Shown here one piece after another: positions 30,131 through 44,752 of a stretch of 64,000 bases of DNA. The stretch's first letter is position 1, and the number at the start of each line of letters is the position of its first letter. A model generated the notes under the pieces. It worked only from the letters and a program-made list of their open reading frames with translations. It was not told the origin of the DNA and did no database searches. The position numbers and the translations under genes are program-made. The DNA comes from Mizuhopecten yessoensis (Eukaryota): positions 37,865-101,864 of the forward strand of contig NW_018406103.1 in the NCBI RefSeq assembly GCF_002113885.1, given 5' to 3'.

Positions 30131-33100
30131 ATATGTAGTCGCTTTATCAAATTAATTGAAAGAGCGATGGAGGGTAAGCTACCAAAATTAGAGGTAAAAA
30201 TGGTATAAGGAATACCAATCCTACCCTAAGACGTAAACAGTATTGGTAAACATTATTTGTTTTTATTAAGCTACAGGATTAAATGTATCATTCTTTTCCT
30301 CGCTAAGATTAAAACTATGTTCAATATTTTGATATGGAATACAAACGTGTGTGTGTATGATCGTTTATAATGATTCAGGGATAAATTAACTTCGATCATG
30401 CATATACAAAAAGAAACAGGCAATTAAATGAATCTCCATTTCATGAGACTTACAAAGTATAATATAACTTACACTTTTTGGCCACAAAATAGGAAATTTT
30501 ACATTGACAATTTAAAAAATAAAAGACATGCATGTAAATTAAAGTCTTCTTCTATTTCTTCGATATTACGAGAATTAATACTTGCATGAAAGCATGGTTG
30601 TTTACATTTAATATAGATAGAGATCTTCATATTTGAAAATACAAATTGACATGGAATAATTATATGTACATTTAATAACTCATTGTGAACTGTAATTTGC
30701 TTAAAACATATCACACATAACTATTGTAAAGATGACTACGTTGTTTTAGCTGCCATCGTTATCCCATTGCAATCATAACATCAATAATTCAATGTGATGT
30801 GGGATCCAGTGATTTACTTCAATTTCATTTTGACGATTTTCAACCGGTATCTGACAGGTGTTCCTTTTTTCCTTGAATTAATATTATTGTTTTGATGCGG
30901 AAGCGATTTTTTTATCAATTAGTGTTATCATCTCTCAAAGAAGACTACACTTGAGGTGAATATAAGAAATAAATTTTTACATTTAAAGCTGAAGCTGGTA
31001 CGGAGTACAGTTATCTGTAATATCTATAACAAAACATCGCTAGCGCAATTGTTTAAGTTGCCATTTGGTTTCAAAACAGGCACAAGAATAAAAACTATAC
31101 CATTAATATCCTTTATGAATCATATATAATACAACAAATATTCCATATTACAAAACTGTTACAGTTGTTGACCCACATGTAAAAGCGTAACATGAGATTT
31201 GGCCACTCTTATATATACTTAAAGGTTGGTATACACTATGCTTTATAACACAAATATGTGATGCAATAATCACGTAATGAATTATTAATAAATTTGCTAA
31301 TACAAAAGTCAACATGAACATATGAACTAAATACAATACTGAAATTTAATGAAGTTCTGAGGTGTGTTTTTTTCTTGGATAAATACAAAGCGTTTTATGA
31401 ATGAAACAAGAAATGCATCTCTCTAAGTAAACAACAATTTTTTAGAAAACGTATACATGCAGTGAGCTACAAATCTTTAACAAATTTATTGCACAGAACG
31501 TACACAAGTTCACAGTCAGGTAGTAAAGAATACTAGAAAACAATACCTATAAATAGAAACTTGTTCATTTGTCTTGACTGGTCAGACTTTTAAAATAAAA
31601 AAAAAATCTGGGTAAATTCAAGGACATGGTGACAAAAGTAATTTACGTAATTTACATAAAAACTCTTCCTCCTGTTGAGAAATGAAACTGTAATTCACAT
31701 AAATTTGTGTAGAAAACAAGTAATATTAGCAAGTATGTCAACAGGCGATGCTAATCAGGCTCTAAACATTTAACGAATCGTATTTATGATAAAAACTTTC
31801 TTATTTTGAATTATGTAACTCGTATAATTCACATGAAATGCCGTGAAGAATAAAATATCCCCAACACATAAACAATTATTTTAACAGGTGAAAAATATTC
31901 AGTCGTGACACAATTAAAGAAGCATATTGATAACAAAAACTGTTTTATGTTGACAAATGTGACTCGTGTAATTCACATTGAAAGCCAAGTATTTAAATAC
32001 AAAAATGTTCCTAACACTCGGTAATTACATTAATAAGTGAAAAATATTCAGTCACCAACAACTAACGATGTTTATAAATAATCAACAAAACTTGCCAGAA
32101 CATACCTGTTAAAGCTAAGCAGATCAACAATACAATATCGTACACATCTTCTACATTTAGAAATGTATGTAAAACCACAGGCTTATTACAGACTATTCTT
32201 TACTATGATGATGGTGTGTATGTACTGTTCATCAGTGAGAGGAGTACTAGCTAAGTTTTCATTCACTCTTAAGGTTCAACAATTCCCATTGTATAGCGCA
32301 TTTATATACGATTCAATATCCTTTAAAACCATTTTTTGGTTCGGAAAATATGCAACTCGGTTCTTTTGCCGTCTTCGTAAACACTCTCGGTTTTTAACGT
32401 ACTATAGTCTTCGTTTGTCTCTTCTGAAACGAGCCAGAACAATAATTTGACACCATTCCAATCAATTAACCTCTGCATGTAAGATTTCCTCATTTAAAAA
32501 ATATGGCATGTTAAAGTCTTTTATAAGTGTTTATGACTATATCAGAAGTACTAAGTTGTGTATTTTTTACAAAAATGCGTCTTTCTTGTTTTCTGTGATT
32601 GGTACTGATTTATTGGGGCTGATTTTAGCACTGTCGCATGGATGTTTGCCAAAAATATTTCATTGTTTAAATGTCATATACAATATCTGCCTTTTACACG
32701 AACATGGCTTAGAAGGCTCGTTTCGACTGCGGTAAGTCTGTAGCGTTAATGACATAAAAACCAACGAAATATATCTTGAAAACTATTTTTACGACGGCTT
32801 TCGAATCTACTCTGCAGGACTGTTGTAAACTCGTTTTATATATGTTACGTGAAAAGATGTAAATCATAGCTATTTTGAAATCACATGTTATTGTCGAGGT
32901 GTCTATTTGAAATACATACATTTAAATTGAAAACATAAATAACATAAATAACAAAATTCTATATACGAAAAACCCAACATTTTAATATGCAAATTTCTTG
33001 CACGTATTTTTGTGTATTTTATAAATTCCTGATATGAAAAACAACCACAATTTTGCTCAGTGTTCTAAGTGCAAAGGTTGGATACACGAAATCAATATTA

Positions 33101-33139
33101 ATGATAACTCCATTTAAATAAACGTAAATACGAGTTATA

Positions 33140-33965
33140 GAATCTGTACAATGTCAACAATTTCACAAGTAATAACCTCTGTACGATGTCATCGATAATA
33201 CAAGTAGTTACATCTAGTCAATGCCATCGATATCACAAATAATTATATAGCTGTACCATTTCACCGATATTACAAATAATTATATCTGTATTTCACCGAT
33301 ATTACAAACAATTACATCTGTTCAATGTCAACGATACTACAAGTAATTACCACTATACAATGTCATCGATATCACACGAAGGAACATCTGCAAAATGTCA
33401 CCGATATTACAAGTATTTACAAAAAATCATAACTGTACAATGTCACCGATATTACTAGTATTTAAATATGTACAATAACACCGATATCACCAGTAACTAC
33501 AGCTGTATAATGCCATTGATATAACAAGTAGTTGCATACATACAATGTCACCGATATTACAAATAATTACATACATACAATGTCACCGATATTACTAGTA
33601 TTTAAATATGTACAATAACACCGATATCACCAGTAACTACAGCTGTATAATGTCACTGATTTAACAAGTAGTTACATACATACAATGACACCGATATTAC
33701 AAGTAGTTACATACATACAATGTCACCGATATTACCAGTGATTACAGCTGTATAATGTAATTGATATTACAAATAGTTACATACATACAATGTCACCGAT
33801 ATTACAAATAATTAAATTTGTTTAATGTCACCTATATTACCAGTGATTACAGCTGTATAATGTCATTGATATAACAAATAATTACATCTGTACCATATCA
33901 CCGATATTACAGTACCAGTAATTACCAGTATACAATGTCACCGATATCAACAGTAATTACAGCTG
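33140..33965. repeat. 35-bp minisatellite, left arm
   Basis: Unit tgtcaccgatattacaagtaattacatctgtacaa. Confidence 0.95.
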
Positions 33966-33966
33966 C

Positions 33967-36900
33967 TTATCACATACTTAATTACTACTTAATACGCAAT
34001 TCCCGCCCTATATGATACAAAATGCATATCAGGATTTTCGGAACACCTCTTGACTATTCGGTCCGGAACACATATGGAGTTATCGTGCCGTTTCTATGCG
34101 TGCGCAGCAGACGAGATTCTATGAAAAAATGTCGCGTTCGGCTCAAGGTGAGATGATTTTGAACTCGTTGGCAAATAGGATAATGGAGTTGGACGATCTT
34201 ATTGACAAACAAAACATGGCGAAGGAACACGACGAAGCGGAGAATGTCGTTTTAACAGAAACTATTAATGAGGTCATGTGTGAGGACGAAACAGTGTGTA
34301 ACGAGGCCGAGCCAACTCACCATTTTGTGGAACAGATGAGAAATGTAAACACTGTACGTAAAACTGTATCTTACCTGAACAAGTTTACAACGTGGCTTAA
34401 ATCATAGAATGAACAGCGACAACTAGGAGAGTTGGACTGAAAGGAACTGGACCAATACCTTGCATTGTTTTTCATGAATGCACAGAAATCAAACGGTGGT
34501 GAATATGAACCGGACACTCTGAAATCAATCCCGACCAGTATTAATCGACACCTGAAACAGAAAGGGCTTACTGTTGATATTATTTCCGACAGAGAATTTA
34601 CATACTCAAGGGAAGAATTAGCATCAAAGAGGAAACTGTTGAAACAACACGGGAAAGTAAACCGTGCTAAGCAAGCGGAGCCTTTGACGACTGAGGAAAT
34701 TGACATCATGTACGAGAAAAATCTCCTGGGAAAAGGTAAACAAACACTTATGATTTGAATCATTTGATTATGTTATCATGCATATGCCACATTAAAGTTG
34801 GATAGCTAGCCGATACAATAGTTAATGACCACTTGTTTACTAATAATAGTAATATTCCAAGGTAAACTGGTCAGTTTCAAGTGAAACGTTACATTTCTGG
34901 TAATTTATTGAGTAAAGGGAGATAAATCTCATACTCATCAATGCACACTAACCAAATTAAGTACATTTGTAAATAAAATTGTTTATGACCATGGTGAGCT
35001 TATGCAATACCGCAGCGTCTGTCGTCCGTCGTCCGTCAACTTTTCCTTTAAAACGCTTCTAGTCCTGAACGGCCAAGTAGATTTTTACCAAATTTGGTCT
35101 GAAGCATCCTTAGGCCAAGGGGACAAAAATTTATATAAACGGTGGGTGTTGCCCCACTGGGGGCAGAGGGGCGGGGCCCATTATATGGGAAATACAGGTA
35201 AAACCTTTAAAATCCTTCTTCTACCGAAGGGATTAATGGATGATATCCTAATTTAGTCTGGAGTATCCTTGGGCCTAGGGGACTAAATTTTGTATAAATG
35301 GTGGGTCTGGCCCCTCAGGGGCCTGAGGGGCAGGGCCCAATAGGGAAAACATAGCAACATAATTATTCTTTAAAATCCTTTTTCTTCTGTAGGAATGAAA
35401 AGATTTGGTGTGGAGCATCCTTGGGAAAAGGGTCTTAATTTTGTATAAACGGTGGGTCTGGCCCCCCTGGGGACTGAGGGGCGGGGCCCAACAGGGGAAA
35501 TATAGTTATGTACTGGTATCATTCCATACAGCAAAATCATTTGAAAAAAGATAAACAAGTAAGTGTAATCTAGTAAAAGCGTCTTGTGTCTTTAACGAAT
35601 CTCTGAACCATCTCCAAGATACTTATATTCATATTGATATCGGGTCTTCGACATCCATAAAGAAAAGTCTGTGTATTTAATAGAATAATGTCATTAAGAG
35701 CATAAATGGAGGTCAGGAGAATTTGCCTTTGATTAGTATACAGAGTACAATGGAGCATCCTTGAGTAAAGGGGAACCAATTTAGTATAAACGTTTGGTGT
35801 GCCCCCCCCCCCCCCCCCCTCCTGGGACCTGAGGGGCGGGGCCCAATAGGGGAAATAGAGGTGAAACCTTTAAAATCCTTCTTCTACCGCAGGGATTAAG
35901 GGATTTTATCCTAATTTAGTCTGGAGGAGCCTTGGGCGAAGAGGACTAAATTTTGTATAAATGGTGGGTCTGGCCCCCCTAAGGGCTGAGGGGTGGGGCC
36001 GACTAGGGGAAATATAGCAAATTCTTTAATATCCTTCTTCTTCTGTAAGAATGAAAGGATTAGTTCCATATTTGGTCTGAAGCATTCGTGGGTAAAGGGG
36101 TCTCAATTTTGTATAAACGGTGGGTATGAAACCCTAGGGGCAGAGGGGTGGGGCTCTGTTTGAAGTTTGTTCTCGCTATATCTCAAGTACTGGATGGTTC
36201 TTTCTGAAATTTCATATGAAATTTTTTGTAAATTATGATTTACAGTTTATAATAATTTGTATTTACAGTAAATATGGCTGTATAGAAAAATAATACATTT
36301 ATTGTACTGTCAACAGGAAATCCGAGGTTTCCCGTCATGATGTATCAAGAGTTTGCAGCCAGACGGCCAGACAGCATAAAGAGGGACGAGGATCCATTCT
36401 ATCTGGGGGTACATAAGAAGTGCAATGAAAACAGCGAATACTGGTATGTGTCGCAACCAATGGGCAAAAATACCTTGGGGTGTATTGTGAAAACAATGTG
36501 CGAGAGTCAGGGATCCCAGGCCGAAAGGTCAATCATAGTGCTCGGAAAACCGCGATTAGCACGTTGGTACACGCTGGAGTGCCGCCGACACTGGTACAAC
36601 AACACTCAGGACACAAAAACCTTGCCTCTATTAACAATTACAGTACAGCATCAATCCAGCAGCAAAAACATATGTCTTCTATATTGTGTAGCTACTCCAG
36701 CTCGAAATCGACAATGGCGGCCTGCGTACCTAGTAATCTAGATGACATGCCGGGTCGATCATTTCAGGAATTGGTAGAGTCAATTTGAAATGATATCGAA
36801 CACTTTCAGGACATTGCTCCTATTACCGCCCAAAAAGAAGGAAAAGAAGTGATGTCTAACATTCCCAAGCCAACAGGATGCCCCAGTATGTTTTCTAGCG

Positions 36901-37385
36901 CGACCATTAATGGTGATGTAGTGTTTAACTATGGTAATAACAATACAAGTAAACGCATTCGCGTTATTTATGATTCTGATTCTGATTAAATTAATTTGTC
37001 AAATGAGCATCAGATCATAAGTGAAGCTGATCAGATGGACATCTGATAGAATCATCAAATGGACATAGGCCATATTATCGGACACCAAGATTAACGGAAA
37101 CAGACAGTTAGTTAAGGATTAACTTGAATATATTTTTCATGTTATAGCTCCATAACATAAAAAATATATTCAAGTTAATCCTTATAATTTAATCTACTAT
37201 ACACAATCCCTATGGAAATACACTTATATTGATGGACTATTTCTCATAGAAATTATTGCGCTGCTGTATCAGACAATCAACAGCGACGTTACAAACGGCG
37301 ACGTCATTTTTTTACGTTATGGGCTGATAACATAATTTTTTAAGCCAATGAAAATGCTTGTTACAAGCAAGATTAAATTATTCAT
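33967..37385 (+). mobile_element. Crypton (tyrosine-recombinase, DUF3504-like) transposon, inactivated, intron-containing
   Basis: 34096-34736 reads ELDQYLALFFMNAQKSNGGEYEPDTLKS..INRHL. 36317-36790 reads DPFYL..WYVSQPMGKNTL..NHSARKT..SGHKNLASINNY, with the YR catalytic H-x-x-R, H and Y. Stops at 34405 and 34438, frameshift ~36505. Right boundary approximate. Confidence 0.85.
34982..36160. mobile_element. HINE/Helentron-like non-autonomous element with ~155-bp tandem repeats, nested in the Crypton intron
   Basis: Terminal ggtgagcttatgc plus (gtcc)n microsatellite. Repeats of ttttgtataaacggtgggtctggcccc..ggggcggggccc. Confidence 0.7.
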
Positions 37386-37399
37386 ATATATTCTCTATA

Positions 37400-38645
37400 T
37401 AATGTCACCGATGTAACAAGTTATTACATCTGTACAATATCACCGATATTACAAAAAATAACACCTGTTTAATGTCAACGATATTACAAGTAGTTATATA
37501 CATAAAATGTCACCGATATTACAAGTGATAACAGCTGTATACTGTCATTGATATAACACGTAGTAACGTCTGTTAAATGTCACCAATATTACAAATAATT
37601 ACATCTGTACCTTGTCACCGATATCACCAGTAATTACAGCTGTATAATGTCACCGATATTACAAGTAACAACATATGTTCAATGTCACTGATATCACAAG
37701 TATTTGAATATGTACAATGTCACCAATATCACCTGTAATTACAGCTGTATAATGTCATTGATATTACAAATAGTTACATACATACAATGTCACCGATATT
37801 ACAAATAATTACATTTGTTTAATGTCACCGATATTACCAGTAATTACCAGTGTACAATGTCACCGATATTAAAATGAAGTTACATATGTCACCAATATTA
37901 CAAATAATTACAGCTGTATAATGTCATTGATATAACACGTAGTAACATCTCTTAAATGTTAGCGATATTCCAAGTTGTTACATCTGTACAATGTTACTGA
38001 TAATACATATAATTACACCTGTTTAATGTCACTGGTATTACAAGTAGTTACATACATACAATGTCACTGATATTACAAGTAATTACATCTGTACCATGTC
38101 ACCGATATTACAAGTAATTACATCTGTACCATGTCACCGATATTACCAGTAATTACCAGTGTCCAATGTCATAAATATCACCAGTAATTACCAGTGTCCA
38201 ATGTCATAGATATCACCAGTAATTACATCTGTTCAATGTCACTGATATTATAAGTATTTAAATATGTACAATGTCACCGATATTACCAGTAATTACCAGT
38301 GTCCAATGTCATAGATATCACCAGTAATTACAGCTGTATAATGTCACCGATATCATACGTAGTAACATCTGTACAATGTCACCGATATTACAAGTATTTA
38401 AATATGTACAATGTCACCGATATCAACAGTAATTACAACTGTATAATGTCATTGATATAACACGTAGTAACATCTGTTTAATGTCACCGATATTACAAGT
38501 AATTACATCTGTACAATGTCACCGATATTACAAGTAATAACATGTGTACAAGGTCACTGATATGACAAGTAATTACATATGTACAATGTCACCAATATTT
38601 CAAGTAATTACATTTGTACACTGTCACCAATATTACTAGTAATAA
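37400..38645. repeat. 35-bp minisatellite, right arm
   Basis: Same unit as 33140-33965; period 35 (e.g. 38097 to 38132). Confidence 0.95.
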
Positions 38646-38699
38646 CGTCTGGTGTTATTCTTCTATATGCATATAATCTGTATAAAAAACTTCATAATT

Positions 38700-38829
38700 T
38701 CAAGTGCATTTACACATCTGAAGCACATGTCGTTCCATTCCATCACGTACATTATCAACATCGTTCGAATAATGTGCTGACCACAGAGTTTTGAATTCTG
38801 ACCTGTTTATCGATAGTGACGTTAATCTA
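38700..38829 (-). CDS. 3' end of exon 5 of a probable additional BTB paralog, truncated by the N at 38830
   Basis: Reads ..SEFKTLWSAHYSNDVDNVRDGMERHVLQMCKCT*, homologous to the ends of paralogs 3 and 4. Confidence 0.6.
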
Positions 38830-38837
38830 NGATTCTT

Positions 38838-41800
38838 CTATATGTATACAACCCGTATCAAAAACTTCATAATTTCAAGTGCATTTGCACATCTGAAGTA
38901 CATGCCGTTCCATGCCATCCCGTACTTTATCACCGTCGGTCGCATAATGTGCTGACCAACGTTTTTAAATTCTGACTTGTTTATCTTTAGTGACGTTAAT
39001 CTGTTTATGCTTTTTGCATAACTTCTTGAGAGTTTCAACCGATCCCAAATAGATATGCATGCAAAGGTAGCAACATGTGCGATCGATGGTATAATTTGCG
39101 GCGTCATGTTGCTAACCACTTGCCCAAAGGGCACCCCAAAAGCCTGAGTAACCACTTGAATGTTTGGTGGGTGAAACATTGACTGGCCTGGAGCCGTATT
39201 TGGTGTTGTTGTTGATGCTATGAGAAACGCCTCCACAATTTCTATTACATTATTTTTCCATTCATCCATATAATGAATGGAGAGTGGAATTTTGAACTGG
39301 TTCATCTTTTCTGTAACAAAAAAATATATTAAAAATAATAAAAAAAGCTAATCAATTATTAAAATAATATTAACATGATAATTCAAACGCCACACCTTAA
39401 TTTAACAAAGAGCATCGATATAAGTACTCTCCAAGAGAAAAAAAGGTAAAGTCATTCGTATTCGTTAACAGGTAAGGAAGCACGGAATACGATCTAAGAA
39501 ACTTGTTAACATGGCAGACATTGGAATCCCATACATACTTATAACTATCAAGAGCACTCATATTCTTCAAATAGATTATTAAGGATACCCGTCCAACTGC
39601 AGGCATGGGGATCCTTGAATAGCAAATAATATAAACTCGCTAAAAAGGGGGTTCAGATGGTCTGGAATGTTACTACTAAGGGAAAGTTTAACGTAAAAGT
39701 TGCCCAATCACGTTTGTTGTAAAATTCGTTTGTGAAGTCACCATTATTGTAGGTGAAAACATGTCACGATATATTATTTCAAACATAATATCCTCTTGTT
39801 TTTTGTCTGGTGAAATGTCTCTATGAAATGAAACTAGATACATAGGCTTACTTTCCGCTTCTGTTACACTGAACACAAATAGACTCTCAAGTAGCTTGGC
39901 TCTGGCATTAGATACATCCAGTTGAAGTCCTGGGCTGACATTTTCGTAGTCTGCATCTGCCTCTAGCTCTTCGGTTTTCAGGTACGATGCTAACCTCACA
40001 ACACATTCTTTACCCGTGTGGAGATTATATCGGTCAATCCAGCGTAGGTATGTGAAGACCCGGGAAGGTGGAATGTATATATCAACCTTGGAGACAGACT
40101 CCACGTGGTTTCGGATGACTTCCACACATTCTGTGATCAAGTTTTCTGTCCGATACTCATCTGCTAAAGGTAGTACTGTATCCAGATTTTTATCTGTAAA
40201 TACACAGGATTTAGAGGGAAGTATGATTTATTTTGTTACTATAAATTCAGATGAAATTTTAAATATGATTCGACGCCATTTTCCTCCACATTTAAACAGA
40301 TAATCCTAATATTTATGTCTTGGACATACTTAAACATTATTTGAAAAGGTGTTTTGACTGAAATGTCACTCCAATGGAAAATATCTATGTCTACTCTAAT
40401 ACCATTAATCATTGAGTGATCCCGCGTTTCTGTCGTGTATAGAGTATATCCTGTACAATGTGAACAATCTCTGCCCTGAGCGCCAAGAACTGCGACACTT
40501 TGAAGAATCATCACCGACCAAAAGTTGTACCCGCAAATGATCCCATAAATTCAGTATTCAATCGATACACTATTATCCATCTTTCATCATCGAATATCAG
40601 GGGGCTACGTTCGATCACTTACGTTCTGTGCGCCCCTTTCATATGCCCTGGCAAAATTTAAGACAAATAATGAGTTATTTGATTGGTCGCAGGAAACAAA
40701 ACTGCCCCATCGCTAGGCTGATACTAGACAGGCGGGATAAACATCCGAGACGTTTTCAAACAATACTGTTTTTTTTTACACAAATATTTGAGACTGCTTG
40801 TGGAAATGATCATACCCAACCGAGACAGACTCAATATTGTGGAAGAATTTTTGTGAAATCTGTACAATTATGAATACTGAACTAGTCCTGTTCTTAGTCT
40901 ATTAAATGTGTCCTAGTAACGGCACGTTTCATCATTACCTGTGATTTTGTCAGGGAAAAAGGGCAGAAGACATTTTAAGAATGTGGCCATCTCATCATAT
41001 GTTTTCCCAGGGAACTCCAGCTTCCTTTTAGTGTCGTCAGTGCACTCGTCTTGTTGCCACTCTTTCTTAAGCCAAGCATCAAAAACAGGTGAAGCTGACT
41101 CTAGTAAGGCTTTGTTTACATGAAGATATTTTTCTTCTACTACCAGTATCACATCGTTTGGCAGAAAGCCTGGATCTATTTGAGCCTAAAATTTGAAAAA
41201 AAGTATTTACGGACATGTTCAAAAAATTCATTCAGTGTACATTACTTTTATTCATTCATTATCAATCCGATTGATACTATATCCAATCAGTTAGTGATTA
41301 TGGGAATTATATAAAGATGTTGAATTCGGAATCTTCATTCCTGAATTCTTAATTTAAAGTAAGGAAATCACCAGATTTTGTTCCTGATGTCAATTACGAA
41401 CGCTTTAGAGGAAAAACTATCCAACATCCTTACATATTACATATGGTGACCCTTCCTAAAGACATGGGCTGGTTTTTATATCTTCTTGTTTATTTAGTAA
41501 CATTGTAAAGTATAATCAGCTGAACTTGTGCATGAATAACATCTTTATAACTTGCAATATATATCAAATTTTCCGAACATAATAGCGATTGATAAAAGCA
41601 TACGTTTTAAGCGTGAGGCTACTTACTACACATGTTTCGTCCTTTACTTCAATATCCAGTATTGGCACTGGTTCGATGTGATCACCAGACTGATCTTTGT
41701 CGTATTCTAAACTTTCATCGCATTGGTTTTGAAGTACGACACCAGGTTCCTGCATTCTATAAAGATTAAAAAAAATGTTTTGAGTTAACGTACATATCAA

Positions 41801-44752
41801 TTGGCGGAGACATAAATATAAAACAAAATTAATATACAAAATTATATTTATATCATATTTGGTTACAGTCTTTCAGACTTTAAATGTAACCACCGTTATT
41901 CTTCAAATTGTATAAAAATAGATACGTGATGAAAATCGGATCCATTATCTACAACCCTTAAAACTGAGACATCCACTTTCATAACTTAAGAATGAATAAG
42001 GTGTAGATTGGATGCCATTAACGATAGTAAACAATGAATTGTTTCCTATTGAAGTTAAGTTGATTTTTTTAGGAGAATCAAGTATGGTAAAGAGAACAAA
42101 ATAAATGTCTTTATATTTTGGTATCATTATCTAGAAATCTGTTAGGATTCGTTGGAGTATATATCACAAAACCCCCCATTAAGAAATAGTAGGTTAAAGG
42201 CGTTGTAGCACAGCGGACAAACATGCATGCCAAAAGAGAACAAGGCCAGACTCTACTCTTAAGTCGGCAAACCTATTACAACGCAAAATAACTGCCATCC
42301 TTTCGGGGTACCTGCTCCGTTTGAAACAGCAACGACCGCTAGATAATACAACCGGTTTTGTTTAACGTAACAATTTGTAACTCAAAAATTGTCTCTAACG
42401 AGATAATCACATACCACTCTAAGTGGTGGATCACTCGGCTCGTGTGTCGATGAAGATCGCAGACAGGTTCGTAAATTAATGTGAATTGTAGTTCCTATTA
42501 AACATCGACATCTTGCAAACTGCAGGCACATCAACGTTGCGCCTTGTACCGTACACCTCCCAGTTATTGCATCGGGAGCGGTCTCAAATGATGAATCACA
42601 GTCTCCAAGCGACTAACATAAATACCAATTCGGCTGAAGAATCGCATACGACAAAAAAATCCTAAAGGTCAATCTTGTGTATTGTTATCTTATTATATCT
42701 TTAAAGACACAGCCTGATCGGTGCACGTCTTATCAAATGGGGAAAATGGCCCTTTAAAATACAGTGACAAGGAAGTTAAGGTCGCTATATGTGACGAAGC
42801 AATAGAGGTGATGGCAAGTCGTTGATGTCATTTAACGCAAAGTAAGATAACATTATAAACGTGTTTTTCTGAACTGTAGTGATAGTCTATTATTGTATGT
42901 CACTAAACAATATCATAAAAAGTTAATCTTTAAGAGTGCGTAAACAATTTCTAATCTAGTTGAATAATTGTAATTGTGCAATCGGGGTTCTTTGCACAAA
43001 TCACTCGACAAACATTGGTTGTTTCTTGTAGTTTATTACATTATCTTGGAATCCCTAAAATGATATAAAACACTTATTGTACAAAACAGACACATACTAG
43101 ACATATTGCGAATCAAACACACCGCACGGTAACTTTTACATGACGCGAACAATGGAATATTAAAAAGGACAAGAACACAATTCTATGACAACAACAACAA
43201 CCTAATCAGTTTAACCAAACAATGGAATAATAGTATCGTTACATGCAAATTTCAATTATAGAACATTCTCAGTATAGAATGTAATTCATATTTTACTTTT
43301 ACTTTTAGTCACGACTAATTCAGACAGAGGAATTTACGTCAAGTCTTAAATAAACACCTTCCAAATAATAATAATTGATTAATTACATGTATATATATTC
43401 TGTAAATGACTTACCCTGCATGTGGTGCTGAGGATAGCTTAGCTCAATTATCGATCAAGCATACCAATCAAATCAAGAAGCCATCGATGATATATATATA
43501 CTTTCCACTACCAGCATTAAATGTATGTCTAACCCCTTGTAAGTTAAGTGCCCAAGTGAACAAAGAGAGCAAGAAAAACGGAAAAGAAAAGAAGCGTCGC
43601 ATTGCGCATGCATGTCCGAAATGGTCAGTCCGGTCAACAAAAGAGTACAACACATAACACATATGTTACACAATCATAAGCAAATTTCAAGAAAAAATTA
43701 TTTATTTTCTATCAAATCCAAATAATCAATATTAAAGCCAAAATATTAATAAACACTTAATACAACAGGGTGCCACATAATCAACAGATGTACTTTCACA
43801 TTCCTTGACTATTTCAAGGACACCTTAAATGCTCGTTCCTAACATGTAGAAAAATGAACTATATTTATTGAGTATAAAATACACGTTTAGCTTAAAAACC
43901 TATTCTTCCATATAATCATCTTGTTAGTTAAACCCATGTGTTAGTTTAAAGATATACATTAATAATTTAAACAAAACTTATTTCTAAGATAATAACACTG
44001 TTATTCTCATTTACAATATCACAGAAAACATAAAGCTGAATTTAAGTGTGTGTGCTTTTGTTGTTTGCAGGCCATTTATTAGGTGGGTTTAAAGTGTGTC
44101 ACCCGATAACGCGAGGATATGCAGGTTGCGCAGCAATGCTACTTGTAACAGGTAAACGATCAACACATGCAAGGTTCTTCTTCAGCTATGTAAACACTAA
44201 AATACCGGTAACAGGTCAGACGCCGATATACTGTACGAATATGATCACTCCGCTTTAAGTCCTTTGCCAATTTACATATATCACGAGAAAAACTCTTGAC
44301 GGGTAAGACTTGACATGCCATGGATACAATAATGGGACACTACGAGTTAAAATAAAAGAGTAATTATTAACGAGTTCTGGACCACACAAGGCATCAAAGA
44401 ATGCATCTATATGTGTAGCCCGTGCAGAATAGGATTTTTTTCTGCTTTGCGGTCAATGAAGAAGATACAAATCTGCTGTCCCCATTGCAACATTTGTGAT
44501 CCAGATTTGTTTCTTTTTCACTTCCTTATTCTTTTGTTTCGTGGTGTTTCCCGATGCACTAGCCTTCGTATGACTTTAGCCGTTGTGTGAACGTTACTAG
44601 CTGTGACCCCCAAACAAACAAACAAAATAGCACATGACTACATTGTAAAACTAGATAGATGGTGATGCAAATACTGCATACAAGCACATATAGTATTATG
44701 TTAAATAGCACGCTAGCTGAACCTCTGTCCTGTTACGAAATACTTACGCCAT
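38838..44752 (-). CDS. BTB/POZ gene paralog 3. Exons: 44748-44752, 41627-41756, 40939-41185, 39852-40193, 38838-39310 (398 aa as assembled; ancestral stop at 38875)
   Basis: All junctions are GT-AG and in phase (5+130+247+342+473 nt). A 1-nt deletion at ~38960-38966 relative to paralog 4 changes the C-terminal frame. Confidence 0.85.
42415..42515 (+). pseudogene. 5.8S rRNA pseudogene fragment (5' ~100 nt), possibly with preceding ITS1 remnant
   Basis: actctaagtggtggatcactcggctcgtgtgtcgatgaaga..taatgtgaattg..aacatcgacatcttg matches the conserved metazoan 5.8S 5' half, with substitutions. No 18S or 28S nearby. Confidence 0.9.

Noticed and set aside
33140-38645. 35-bp repeats as a CRISPR array
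   Set aside because: The units are contiguous with no unique spacers, there are no cas genes, and the context is eukaryotic.
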